The position numbers and the translations under genes are program-made. This document shows, piece after piece, positions 9,161 through 18,996 of a stretch of 64,000 nt of DNA. Origin of the DNA: a bacterium (GTDB lineage: Bacteria > Patescibacteriota > Minisyncoccia > Phycocordibacterales > CAIZLB01); NCBI GenBank assembly GCA_037142735.1, contig JBAXAB010000001.1, positions 36,915 through 100,914 of the forward strand. The letters are read 5' to 3'. The stretch's first letter is position 1, and every line of letters begins with the position of its first letter. A model generated the notes under the pieces. The model saw only the letters and a list, made by a program, of their open reading frames with translations, had not been told where the DNA came from and searched no databases.

Positions 9161-10159
9161 ATGAGAATCTTTAAAGAACATATATTTGTAATCTACTCGG
9201 TACTTCTAGCAGTGTTGATATTGGTAGTTGGAATAGCTGCTAAAATATTTATACCAGTTGAAATCCCACGGGACGGATCAGTGATTGTACATATTGATAA
9301 AGGGCAAAGCCTTATTAGTATTTCACATGAATTAGAAAAAGAGCAGATCATTGATTCTCCATTCCTTTTCCGCCTGATTATTACATTGCGTGGAAGTGAA
9401 AACAGTATCCCAGCTGGTTATTACTTATTCTCAGATGACAGCGGCCAATCTGGTAGAAGTCGTTACAGTCTAAGTGCAATTGCCAGGCGCTTAGCTCAAG
9501 GAGAAATGGGTTTTAGGCCACAGAAAATTACCATACCAGAAGGGTTGAACGTTATTGACATTGGAAATAAGGTACACCAAGAATTTCCAGCCATTGACGC
9601 ATTAGAGTTTGCGAGCTCTGCTAAGCCTTATGAAGGATACCTTTTCCCAGATACGTACCTCTTTATGCCTTATGCAACATCTGGTGAAATTATACATAAA
9701 ATGAGGGATACCTTTGAACAAAAAGTGACTGATAATCCTTTATTCGCTGAGGCAATCGCAAGTTCTACACACTCATTTGCAGATATTATAAAAATGGCCT
9801 CAATTCTAGAAGGAGAAGTGAGAACTTTAGAGGATCGCAAAATTGTATCCGATTTGCTATGGCGCAGAATAAAAAAAGGCATGCCATTACAAGTCGATTC
9901 TACTTTTAAGTATATAAATCAAAAAACATCTGCTCAACTAACTTTAGGCGACTTAAAAATTGACTCTCTCTACAATACCTACAAATATAAAGGTTTGCCT
10001 CCGACACCAATTTCAAATCCAGGCCTTGAAACATTATTTGCGGCGGCAGAACCGACTCCAAATCAATATGTATTCTTTTTAAATGATAAGGATGGAATAA
10101 GTCATTTCGCTAAAACATTTGCAGAGCACATTCGTTACAAAAACCAATATTTGAAATAG
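9161..10159 (+). CDS. mltG: Endolytic murein transglycosylase MltG (YceG family).
   Basis: N-terminal TM, YEGYLFPDTY and GLPPTPISNPG motifs typical of YceG/MltG. Confidence 0.9.
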   Translation: MRIFKEHIFVIYSVLLAVLILVVGIAAKIFIPVEIPRDGSVIVHIDKGQSLISISHELEKEQIIDSPFLFRLIITLRGSENSIPAGYYLFSDDSGQSGRSRYSLSAIARRLAQGEMGFRPQKITIPEGLNVIDIGNKVHQEFPAIDALEFASSAKPYEGYLFPDTYLFMPYATSGEIIHKMRDTFEQKVTDNPLFAEAIASSTHSFADIIKMASILEGEVRTLEDRKIVSDLLWRRIKKGMPLQVDSTFKYINQKTSAQLTLGDLKIDSLYNTYKYKGLPPTPISNPGLETLFAAAEPTPNQYVFFLNDKDGISHFAKTFAEHIRYKNQYLK

Positions 10160-10202
10160 CCTGGAAATGGCATCGAGCCATTAAATGGTGTAGTATCCTT
10201 GG

Positions 10203-11282
10203 ATGATTGGAAAGTCTAAAAAGGTCTGGGTAGGAATGTCGGGCGGGGTCGACTCGTCTGTTTCAGCGTACCTTTTAAAGCAACAAGGTTACGACGTAAC
10301 CGGTGTTTTTATAAAAGTTTGGCAACCAAACGATGTTGAATGTACCTGGAAAGACGAACGACGAGACGCCATGCGAGTCTGCGCAGAGCTGGATATTCCT
10401 TTTTTAACTCTTGACCTAAGCGTTGAATATAAAATGCAGGTAGTTGACTATATGATCAGTGAATATGCCAAAGGGCGCACTCCAAATCCGGACATTATGT
10501 GTAATCGTCACATTAAATTTGGCGGTTTTCTAGATATGGCCAAAAGAATGGACATTGATTATGTAGCCACTGGTCACTATGCAAATGTTAAAAAAACTGA
10601 TGACGGCTATTTTTCATTATTTGAAGGAAAGGATCCATCCAAAGATCAAAGTTACTTTTTATGGACTCTTAATTCAGATGATTTGTCCAGAGTGCTTTTT
10701 CCTGTTGGACACTTGCTCAAAACGGAAGTGCGTAAGATTGCTCAAAAGGCAAAATTACCAGTTTTTGACAAAAAAGACAGCCAGGGAATTTGTTTCATTG
10801 GCCATGTTGATATGAAAGAATTCCTAAAGAAAAATATAGAGACCAGATCTGGATCTGTTCTTGATATTGATGGAAATGTAATAGGGGAACACGATGGTGC
10901 AATTCTATACACAATAGGAGAACGTGTTGGATTTAAGGCTTTTAAAACTGGCGCAGACGACAAAGCGATGTATATTCTAAGTAAAGACGTTTCAAATAAT
11001 ACTATCACCGTCATAGAAAATAATCTTTTAACCGTTGAAGGTTCTGAACACAATCAAGGCATAAGGATTGCCCAGCTAGCCGACGTTAACTGGAACACTG
11101 AAAAGACAAATACTGTCAGCAATTTAAAGGCTAGAGTTAGATACAGACAAGAAAAACAGGACTGTATTTTTGACCCAAATACGAGCAGGGTGACATTTTC
11201 TAAAGCGCAGGTCCTAGCAAGCGGACAATCCGTCGTTTTGTACAGTGGCGAAAGGTGCCTAGGTGGTGGTATTATAAGCTAA
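10203..11282 (+). CDS. mnmA: tRNA-specific 2-thiouridylase MnmA.
   Basis: PP-loop SGGVDSS, catalytic Cys motifs, C-terminal beta-barrel region. Confidence 0.93.
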   Translation: MIGKSKKVWVGMSGGVDSSVSAYLLKQQGYDVTGVFIKVWQPNDVECTWKDERRDAMRVCAELDIPFLTLDLSVEYKMQVVDYMISEYAKGRTPNPDIMCNRHIKFGGFLDMAKRMDIDYVATGHYANVKKTDDGYFSLFEGKDPSKDQSYFLWTLNSDDLSRVLFPVGHLLKTEVRKIAQKAKLPVFDKKDSQGICFIGHVDMKEFLKKNIETRSGSVLDIDGNVIGEHDGAILYTIGERVGFKAFKTGADDKAMYILSKDVSNNTITVIENNLLTVEGSEHNQGIRIAQLADVNWNTEKTNTVSNLKARVRYRQEKQDCIFDPNTSRVTFSKAQVLASGQSVVLYSGERCLGGGIIS

Positions 11283-11284
11283 TC

Positions 11285-12154
11285 ATGTTTCAGGAAGTTT
11301 TATTAGTAAAGACTGACGGCACCAAAGAGGTTTATGAACCTCATAAATTAAGAAATTCTCTCATTAAAGCTGGTGCCGGTGGTCATTCGGCTGATAAAGT
11401 TCTGACCGAAGTTTCAAATTATCTAGAAGAACATCTGAAAGGCAAAAAGAAATCTGAGGTAACGGTTTCCGAATTATACAAACTAGCTTTTGAATGTCTC
11501 AAAAAATATGCGGGGGATGCGGCGTTGCGATATTCACTTAAGAGGTCTCTTTTTGAACTTGGCCCGACCGGTTTTCCTTTTGAAAAATATATCGCTGAAA
11601 TTTTCAAGACTCAGGGTTTTGAAACCTTAACTGGCCAAATGGTGATGGGTAGCTGTGTTCCTCACGAGGTAGATCTAGTGGCGTGGAACGCTGATAAATT
11701 AATTATGGGTGAAGTAAAATATCACAACGATCCTGCTTCAAAGACAGATTTAAAAGTCGCCCTTTACGTAAGTGCGCGTTATAACGATATAAAACAAAAC
11801 ATGTTTGATTACGGCGGCACACCTCGTAAATTGGCCGAGTGGTACTTAATTACAAATACAAAGTTTACGGACACTGCGATCACCTATGCTGTGTGTAACG
11901 GAGTCAAATTATTAAGCTGGGTGTATCCAGAGACTGGAAATTTGCATGACATGATTGAAGACACCAAATCGCACCCGATTACATGTCTAAGCGCTCTTGA
12001 TGCAAGCCAAAAGAAGATGTTGATAGACAAAAATGTGATCCTTTGTCGACAGTTACATTCAAATACCGCCATTATGAAAGAACTTCACTTCAGCGAAGAG
12101 ACTATTTTTAACGTTCTAGAAGAAACAAATAAAATTATTACCACAAAAAAATAA
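11285..12154 (+). CDS. ATP-cone domain fused to an Mrr-like restriction-endonuclease (PD-(D/E)xK) domain.
   Basis: N-terminus LVKTDGTKEVYEPHKLRNSLIKAG..RYSLKR fits the ATP-cone consensus. C-terminus EVDLVAW..GEVKYH is an Mrr_cat-type D..E.K core. Start taken at MFQE, directly after the mnmA stop. Confidence 0.75.
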   Translation: MFQEVLLVKTDGTKEVYEPHKLRNSLIKAGAGGHSADKVLTEVSNYLEEHLKGKKKSEVTVSELYKLAFECLKKYAGDAALRYSLKRSLFELGPTGFPFEKYIAEIFKTQGFETLTGQMVMGSCVPHEVDLVAWNADKLIMGEVKYHNDPASKTDLKVALYVSARYNDIKQNMFDYGGTPRKLAEWYLITNTKFTDTAITYAVCNGVKLLSWVYPETGNLHDMIEDTKSHPITCLSALDASQKKMLIDKNVILCRQLHSNTAIMKELHFSEETIFNVLEETNKIITTKK

Positions 12155-12158
12155 GATT

Positions 12159-12956
12159 ATGGCTTTTATTCCGTACAAAAAGAAATTATATATTCCAGAC
12201 AGTACCGAACCCTTCAAATTAAGCCGCTCGAAGATCGACATGTTTCTTGAATGTGCCCGTTGCTTTTATTTAGACCGTAGAATTGGGGTCTCTCGACCTG
12301 ATAGCTTTCCTTTTAATCTCAACAGTGCTGTTGATCATCTCTTAAAAAAAGAATTTGATATCCATCGTAGTGCAAAGACGGCGCACCCCCTCATGGTGAG
12401 TTACAAAATTGATGCGGTACCTTTTATCCACAAAGATCTAGATGTCTGGAGAGAAAATTTTGTCGGAGTGCAATATTTGGATAAGAAAAATAACTTTATC
12501 ATCTTTGGCGCTGTGGATGATGTATGGGTGAATAAAATGGGTGAATTGATTGTAGTCGACTATAAATCAACCAGCAAAGACACCGAAGTAAACCTTGATG
12601 CAGACTGGCAAATCGCCTACAAACGCCAAATGGAGGTGTACCAGTGGCTATTGGAGAAGAATGACCACAAAGTATCTACTACGGGTTATTTCGTGTATGC
12701 CAATGCCACCAAAGCTCGTGATTCCTTCGAAGCTCGCCTTGAATTTGAAATGACAGTAATACCATATACAGGCGATAATTCATGGATAGAAGAGACACTT
12801 GTTTCAATTAAAAAATGCCTTGACGGAAATGACATACCAAAAGAATCAGCTACGTGTAAATATTGCGAATACAGGACAAAAGCAGGCAATGCTTTTAAAG
12901 ATCATGTTCAAAAATATGGAGCAGTAAAGGCAGCCAGTCCTAAGAAAAAGAAATGA
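12159..12956 (+). CDS. PD-(D/E)xK nuclease, Cas4/RecB-like, with Cys cluster.
   Basis: N-terminal LSRSKIDMFLECARCFYL (Cas4/Dna2-like Cys), VVDYKS (D-x-K), QxxxY (EVYQWL), C-terminal CKYCEY cysteines. Confidence 0.7.
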   Translation: MAFIPYKKKLYIPDSTEPFKLSRSKIDMFLECARCFYLDRRIGVSRPDSFPFNLNSAVDHLLKKEFDIHRSAKTAHPLMVSYKIDAVPFIHKDLDVWRENFVGVQYLDKKNNFIIFGAVDDVWVNKMGELIVVDYKSTSKDTEVNLDADWQIAYKRQMEVYQWLLEKNDHKVSTTGYFVYANATKARDSFEARLEFEMTVIPYTGDNSWIEETLVSIKKCLDGNDIPKESATCKYCEYRTKAGNAFKDHVQKYGAVKAASPKKKK

Positions 12957-14743
12957 AAAAGCCTGCGTACAAAACTGAATGGGACTTTGCAAACTTATTT
13001 TACAAAAAAAGCATTAAGGACCCTTTAATAGAAATTGATGTAGCTGCTGCTGAAAACATGTGTGTGGGTTTTGAAAAAAAATACACCAACAATCAAGAAT
13101 ACTTACATGACGTAGCTACACTTAAAACAGCGTTGGACGATTACGAAATATTATTAGCAGGGGTGATGTCTTCAAAGCCACTTTTTTATTTGCAGATGCT
13201 CCTTGCTGTTGATAGTCAAAACAATGCGGCCCAAGCCAAGATGAACCTTCTGAGCAGTCGCCTTACTGCCGCATTCAATAAAATTATTTTCTTTGAACTA
13301 CGATTGGGTAAAGTCTCCGAGTCACAACAGAATAAGTTTTTACAGGCCACGGAATTAAAGAAATATAAATACCTACTAGACAGACTATTTTTAACTGCAA
13401 AATATCAATTATCTGAACCTGAGGAAAAGATTTTAAACTTAAAATATCCCTCTTCTCGAGGGATGTGGAATGACTATTCTGAAAAACTCCTCAATGCGCA
13501 AACGCTTGTGTGGAAAGGTAAGAATCTACCATTGCCAGAAGCGACAAACATGATCCGTAGCCTTCCAAAAAAAGAACGTCATGCTCTGCACACCCTTCTT
13601 TGTCAGAAACTTCAAGAGATCAGTTTTTTTGCTGAGGCCGAGATGACTGCCATCTTGACCGATAAAAAAACTACCGATGAATTAAAAGGTTTCAAAAAGC
13701 CTTACGAATCATGGATCATTGGTAATCAAAATTCAATAGCAAGTATCGAAAATCTTGTGACAACGATTACAAAAAATTTTAATATCAGCCACAAATTTCA
13801 TGCTTTACAAGCAAAACTACTGAAAGAAAAAACCTTATCTTACCCGGATCGGGCTGTGGGTATTAGCAAAAAAGTTACACCATTCGCTTTTGAAGAAGGG
13901 GTATCTCTTTTTACTTCAGCATTGAAAAAAACTGATCCGATGTTTGCTGAAATTTTCCAGAAGCTTTTAAAAAATGGCCAGGTTGATGTTTACCCCAGAA
14001 AAGGTAAAGGCGGCGGAGCATTCTGTTCGTCTTCAATAAATCAACCGACGATGATTATGCTAAATAACACTCCAAACGTTGATTCATTTTTTACTCTTGC
14101 TCATGAGATGGGGCACGCTTTTCACGGAGAATTATCCAAAACTCAAAGTCCAATGTACCAAGATTACACCATTTCTGTAGCCGAAGTAGCCAGCACTTTC
14201 TTTGAAAATATTGCAGTTGAAGCCATTAGTGCAAAACTCACTGACAAGGAAAGAGTTGAATTAGAATTCCAGCGCTTACAAGATGACATCGGTACAATTT
14301 TTCGCCAAGTAGCATGTTTTAATTACGAAATAGAAATTCATAATGAAGTTAGGAGTAAGGGATCAATTACCAAAGAAAGGTTAGCGGATCTGCATAATCA
14401 GCATATGTCCAAATACCTAGGCCCACTATATAAGATGAAGGATGTTGATGGGTATATGTTCGTACAATGGACTCATATTAGACACTTTTTCTATGTTTAC
14501 ACTTATGCTTACGGCCAGATAATCAGTAAAGCTTTATATGCTCGATATAAAAAAGACCCGACGTTTATACATTCCATCATCAAGTTTCTTTCAGCTGGAG
14601 GCAGTATGTCACCTGACGATATTTTTAAATCAATTGGCATAGATACGACACAGCCAGAATTTTTTCTTGACGGACTACGAGAAGTTGAATCTAGTATAAA
14701 AAGAATTGAAATAATGGCCAAAAAACTTGGAATGATAAAGTAG
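12953..14743 (+). CDS. pepF: Oligoendopeptidase F (M3B metallopeptidase).
   Basis: HEMGHAFH zinc motif, ~596 aa, M3B family. Confidence 0.9.
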   Translation: MKKPAYKTEWDFANLFYKKSIKDPLIEIDVAAAENMCVGFEKKYTNNQEYLHDVATLKTALDDYEILLAGVMSSKPLFYLQMLLAVDSQNNAAQAKMNLLSSRLTAAFNKIIFFELRLGKVSESQQNKFLQATELKKYKYLLDRLFLTAKYQLSEPEEKILNLKYPSSRGMWNDYSEKLLNAQTLVWKGKNLPLPEATNMIRSLPKKERHALHTLLCQKLQEISFFAEAEMTAILTDKKTTDELKGFKKPYESWIIGNQNSIASIENLVTTITKNFNISHKFHALQAKLLKEKTLSYPDRAVGISKKVTPFAFEEGVSLFTSALKKTDPMFAEIFQKLLKNGQVDVYPRKGKGGGAFCSSSINQPTMIMLNNTPNVDSFFTLAHEMGHAFHGELSKTQSPMYQDYTISVAEVASTFFENIAVEAISAKLTDKERVELEFQRLQDDIGTIFRQVACFNYEIEIHNEVRSKGSITKERLADLHNQHMSKYLGPLYKMKDVDGYMFVQWTHIRHFFYVYTYAYGQIISKALYARYKKDPTFIHSIIKFLSAGGSMSPDDIFKSIGIDTTQPEFFLDGLREVESSIKRIEIMAKKLGMIK

Positions 14744-14749
14744 GGGGGC

Positions 14750-15919
14750 TTATTTATTTTCGTAGACTGCTACAGTTTTCTTGACCATTCGATCGAGTGA
14801 AAAGTTTTCAGCAATTCTCTTTTTAAAATTATCTGTCTGGAGTCGCACATCAAATTCTGAATTTAACGTCATGCGTAGTGCCAAAGCGAAAGCTTTTTTA
14901 TCTCTTGGGGCAATTAAAATACCACACGGATTGTGTTCGGTCGTGAGGACTGTTTCTGGAATTCCACCCACATTTGAGGCGATAACAGGGACCTCCGCCA
15001 TTCCAGCTTCAATAATAACGTAACCGAATGCTTCAGAGAAAGAGGGAAGCACAAACACGTCAAAGGCCTTCAGCAACCGAGGAGCTTCGTCCACAAACCC
15101 TGTCAGAAACACATGGGCCTGCAAACCTCTCTCTGTAATAAACTTAGCCAGATCTGTTTTAAGCTCTCCTTCACCAATGATCACATATCTAGTATCAATC
15201 TCTGGGTTCGTTTTCATTAAAATATCTACTGCCTCGATAGAACTATAGAGATTCTTCACAGGATGAAGTTCTGCAAGTGTGCCTATCCATTTTGTAGTTG
15301 GTGAAAAATTAAATTGAGCCTGAGAGTTTTTTTCTACCTCTAGGATTGTTGAAATTTTATTCTGAGCGTCCTCACGTGAATAAAAATCAATGGCCGGGCT
15401 CGCTGGATGAATAACTTTGATTTTATTTTTTACAAACGGCATCCACATGACTTGATTTTTTACAGACTCTGAAACGGCGATAGTTTTATGGTTCAGCACA
15501 ATAGTCAGCCAATGAAGGCAACCGATAATAAACTGCTGCACGTGCGAACGATTTTCATTAAAAGCCCATGCATGAGCGGTAAATACCACTCTTTTGACCC
15601 ATAACAAACGAGCAATGAAGGCGCCAATGCCTCCTGCTTTCGAACTATTCACATGCACTACATCCGGTCGTACTTTCCAAATAATTCTACCTAGCGTGAA
15701 GAAAGTCTTAATTTCGTCTTTGAAACTAATATCTCTTTTCATTGAGCCAACATTAAAAACATTAATACCAGCATTTTTTAGTTTTTCAGACAATAAACCA
15801 TTTCCACCCAACACCACCGAAACGTCGTGACCTTGGGAGGACAAGCTGGTCGCAAGATCATAAACATATCTTTGTGCACCACCCCAGTTTGATTTTGTAA
15901 TGACATACAGAATTTTCAT
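14750..15919 (-). CDS. Glycosyltransferase family 4 (GT-B).
   Basis: N-terminal MKILYVITKSNWGGAQRYVYDLA, C-terminal EAFGYVIIEAGMAEVPVIASNVGGIPE. Confidence 0.9.
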   Translation of the reverse strand: MKILYVITKSNWGGAQRYVYDLATSLSSQGHDVSVVLGGNGLLSEKLKNAGINVFNVGSMKRDISFKDEIKTFFTLGRIIWKVRPDVVHVNSSKAGGIGAFIARLLWVKRVVFTAHAWAFNENRSHVQQFIIGCLHWLTIVLNHKTIAVSESVKNQVMWMPFVKNKIKVIHPASPAIDFYSREDAQNKISTILEVEKNSQAQFNFSPTTKWIGTLAELHPVKNLYSSIEAVDILMKTNPEIDTRYVIIGEGELKTDLAKFITERGLQAHVFLTGFVDEAPRLLKAFDVFVLPSFSEAFGYVIIEAGMAEVPVIASNVGGIPETVLTTEHNPCGILIAPRDKKAFALALRMTLNSEFDVRLQTDNFKKRIAENFSLDRMVKKTVAVYENK

Positions 15920-15952
15920 ACGTTTAGTCAGTTTAACTTAAAATGTGACAAT

Positions 15953-17347
15953 GTGGAATTAGTTGTAATGAGGCCTTTTTGGCTGTACTATAATACTAAT
16001 ATGAAAGTTGCGAATAAGCGAGAACCTTTTCTCCTTTTGATCGGGGATATTGCATGTCTTACTTTATCTCTTTGGTTAATGCTGTACTTGCGTGCATTTA
16101 ATATTCCTTCACTTGCCGTTTTTACAGCCCACCTGGCACCATTCGGTATTCTTTTTCTGGCTTCATTGGTTGTGTACTATATCTCTGGTTTATACGAAAA
16201 ACATAACAGTATTCTGCGCTCTCGCCTGGCATCAGTAATTATAAAGGCTCAGATCGCAAACAGTTTAGTTGCAATTGCTTTCTTTTACTTTGTTCCATAT
16301 TTTGGCATCACACCGAAAACAAACCTTTTCTTGTACTTACTTATTTCCATAATTATCATCACATTATGGCGACTCATTTTCTATCCATTCTTTTTGCCTG
16401 GCAAAAAACGTCGTGCAGTTATTATTGGATCTGGTACAGAAATGGAAGATATTATTCGTGAAGTAAACAATGATCCACATTATGACTTCCAATTGTCACG
16501 AATTATTGATCTAACTGAGACAGACAAGGCCACTATTCCGGATATTATTAAACAAGAAGTAATGGATAATGATGTTTCGATGATAGTGATCGACCTCGAT
16601 CACGCTAAAATCAAAGACGTATCACCAAAATTATTTGATTTAATTTTTATGAATGTAGATTTTGTCCCAATGTATAGCGTATACGAACACGTGTTCTACC
16701 GTATTCCATATTCAGCTTTAAAGCATGATTGGTTTATTGAAAATATCTCTTCTCGAGCTAAAGGCAGCTATTCGTTTGGTAAGCGCGTAATCGACATTAC
16801 ACTGGCGGGAATTGCCTTCATAATTTCTCTAATATTTTATCCACTAATTTGGATCGCCATCAAGATTCAAGACGGGGGGCCACTTTTCGTCTATCAAGAA
16901 AGACTCGGGCAGGGTAATAAGAAATTTATGATTAGAAAGTTTAGAAGTATGCGCGCAGCCAAGCATGATGATGGGGCTTGGGTGGGAAAAGACGATATGA
17001 GAATAACAACACTTGGTCGCATTATGCGAAAAACCAGCATTGATGAACTTCCTCAATTATGGAGCGTTCTGAAAGGAGACTTGTCCCTCATAGGCCCACG
17101 TCCTGACTTGTATGATCGAGGAATAGAACTGTCTCAACAAATTCCTTACTACAATATAAGAAACCTTTTAAAACCAGGACTGTCTGGTTGGGCACAGGTT
17201 AGTCAGGCACTACCACCGCAATCATTAGAAGAGACTAAGCTCCGCCTTGCATATGACATTTATTATGTAAAAAATAAATCATTGTTCATGGACTTTGTCA
17301 TTGTGCTTCGCACCATTCGATCCCTCTTTTTGCGTTTAAAGCAATAA
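15953..17347 (+). CDS. Polyprenyl glycosylphosphotransferase (WbaP/CpsE-type sugar transferase).
   Basis: Multi-TM N-terminus. C-terminal bacterial sugar-transferase domain (KRVIDITLAGIAFII..GPLFVYQERLG..MIRKFRSM..GDLSLIGPRP). True start may be the MKVANK ATG at 16001. Confidence 0.88.
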   Translation: MELVVMRPFWLYYNTNMKVANKREPFLLLIGDIACLTLSLWLMLYLRAFNIPSLAVFTAHLAPFGILFLASLVVYYISGLYEKHNSILRSRLASVIIKAQIANSLVAIAFFYFVPYFGITPKTNLFLYLLISIIIITLWRLIFYPFFLPGKKRRAVIIGSGTEMEDIIREVNNDPHYDFQLSRIIDLTETDKATIPDIIKQEVMDNDVSMIVIDLDHAKIKDVSPKLFDLIFMNVDFVPMYSVYEHVFYRIPYSALKHDWFIENISSRAKGSYSFGKRVIDITLAGIAFIISLIFYPLIWIAIKIQDGGPLFVYQERLGQGNKKFMIRKFRSMRAAKHDDGAWVGKDDMRITTLGRIMRKTSIDELPQLWSVLKGDLSLIGPRPDLYDRGIELSQQIPYYNIRNLLKPGLSGWAQVSQALPPQSLEETKLRLAYDIYYVKNKSLFMDFVIVLRTIRSLFLRLKQ

Positions 17348-17384
17348 CCATTTATAATCTGTACACAAATTTAACCAATAACAC

Positions 17385-18458
17385 ATGAAGCTATTTATTA
17401 CCGGAGGAGCAGGATACGTCGGGGCAATGTTGGCAGATCAGTTCAGCGGGCGGGCAGATGTTGAAAAGATTTTATTGGTAGACAAAGAAGCAGAGCCACA
17501 GTTACTAAAGAACAATCCCAATTATTCAAAAATTCAATTTATTCAAAGCAATCTTGGAGATACAAACTGGCAGGATCAGGTTCGTGCATTTACACCTGAT
17601 GTCGTCATTCACACTGCGTGGCAAATTCGTGAAATGTTTGGCAAAAAAGAATTACAGTGGAAATGGAATGTGACAGGCTCTGATAATGTCTTCGATGTCG
17701 CCTTTGAATTAACTTCTGTGAAGAAACTGATTTATTTCTCTACTGTTTCAAGTTACGGAGCATTTTCAGACAACCAACTTGATCACTTTATAAAAGAAGA
17801 AGAGCCTTTTCGTGAAAACACTTATTTATACGGTGTTGAAAAAAAGGAAGTTGAGGTGCATCTCCATAAAAAATATGAAGAGGCCAAGAAAGCTGGAACA
17901 CATGTGCCCCAGATCTTCATTGTACGACCCGCAGCAATCACTGGAACACGTGGACGCTACATGCGCGTACGATTTGGTCTCCAGGCGGCCCTTTCTGGTC
18001 AATTAAAGGGTAATTTTGTGTACAGAATGATCTCATTCATGGTTTCTTTTGTGCCGGCAACTAAAAAATGGTGTCGACAATTTATTCATGAAGATGATGT
18101 GTGTAATATTGTGGAATTATTTACTTTTACTGAACTGAAGGGAGACTACGAGGTTTTTAACATCTGTCCACCTGGCCAAATCGTGACTGCTACTGATATG
18201 GCCAAAGCCGTGGGTAAAAAACCAATCTTTTTGCCTCCATGGTTAATTCGTATTGTTTTTGCCTTTATGTGGAATGTATTCCGGGGAAGAGTGCCGACTT
18301 CAAAGGGTGGCTGGAAATTCTATTCATATCCAGTTGCAGTTGATGGTTCAAAACTGACGAAACAATATGGTTATCAATACAAATACAATTCTTTAGATGC
18401 GTTTACTAAAAGGGAGGGCAGATATTCTAAATATACAGAATCTGAGACTAAGTTATAA
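17385..18458 (+). CDS. NAD-dependent epimerase/dehydratase (SDR family).
   Basis: [20 protein letters not shown] Rossmann motif and the YxxxK region. Confidence 0.85.
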   Translation: MKLFITGGAGYVGAMLADQFSGRADVEKILLVDKEAEPQLLKNNPNYSKIQFIQSNLGDTNWQDQVRAFTPDVVIHTAWQIREMFGKKELQWKWNVTGSDNVFDVAFELTSVKKLIYFSTVSSYGAFSDNQLDHFIKEEEPFRENTYLYGVEKKEVEVHLHKKYEEAKKAGTHVPQIFIVRPAAITGTRGRYMRVRFGLQAALSGQLKGNFVYRMISFMVSFVPATKKWCRQFIHEDDVCNIVELFTFTELKGDYEVFNICPPGQIVTATDMAKAVGKKPIFLPPWLIRIVFAFMWNVFRGRVPTSKGGWKFYSYPVAVDGSKLTKQYGYQYKYNSLDAFTKREGRYSKYTESETKL

Positions 18459-18502
18459 AAAAATCCCGCGGACAAGTCGATGGGGGTCGGCTCATCCGCG
18501 GG
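18455..18502 (-). terminator. Intrinsic terminator for a minus-strand transcript.
   Basis: Minus strand reads CCCGCGGA..UCCGCGGG (8-bp stem) followed by AUUUUUUUAU. Confidence 0.7.
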
Positions 18503-18860
18503 AAGCGTGTGGAGGGGGAATTGTTTACGGGCCGCCTGCTACAGGTGACCTACGCTGACGATTTCTGCGGAACCTCCGGACGTATTTTCGTTTTTCTCGT
18601 CCATGGTCAGTGGGCTTGAAGGGACTCGCCCTTCAGGTTGGTTGGGCCGGGCGTGACCTTGGCTGGTGGGCGGAGAGTTCCGACTGGGGTGTCCCAGTTT
18701 TTCTGGAGCTGTTTCCTGTAGTGATCGTGGGATTGAGGCTTTGCAGGCGCCTCGGGTGTTGCTGTCATGGTTTCGTTGGTGGTTGGTTGCTTCGTGGCTA
18801 CGTGAACTTCTGGCGCCGACTATCGGCGTCAAAAAATCCATCGCAGGGTTCAAAAAATAA
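18459..18860 (-). other. GC-rich island 2: minus-strand paralog of island 1 with A/C-rich leader, two tiny coupled ORFs and a terminator. Candidate ncRNA or small-ORF cassette.
   Basis: Shares ordered blocks with island 1 (TCGGAACTCTCCGCCCACCA, ATGGACGAGAAAAACGAAAA, GGCCCG..CCTCCACAC). Leader ..aaccaaccaccaacgaaaccATG. Inverted repeat TCCATCGCA..TGCGATGGA at the 5' end. Confidence 0.4.
18607..18768 (-). CDS. Candidate small ORF (53 aa, MTATPEAPAKPQSHDHYRKQ...) after the A/C-rich leader of island 2.
   Basis: ATG right after the ACCACCAA leader. Its stop lies 2 nt before the ATG of a second 21-aa ORF (18539-18604). No homology recognised; may be non-coding. Confidence 0.25.
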   Translation of the reverse strand: MTATPEAPAKPQSHDHYRKQLQKNWDTPVGTLRPPAKVTPGPTNLKGESLQAH

Positions 18861-18996
18861 GTGACTTACTTTCTAAACTTTGCGATGGATACACCTTTGA
18901 TGAACTTATTCTGTGGAGCAGTATAATACCTTTTGTTAAAAAAGTCAATATTTTGAATCTTTCTGCCACGATTGCTTTATGTTAATATCAAACGCA

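Noticed and set aside
18539-18853. 104-aa minus-strand ORF in island 2 as a protein gene.
   Set aside because: Begins upstream of the promoter-proximal leader, is low-complexity, and differs in frame from the leader-proximal ATG. Only its last 21 codons coincide with the small coupled ORF.
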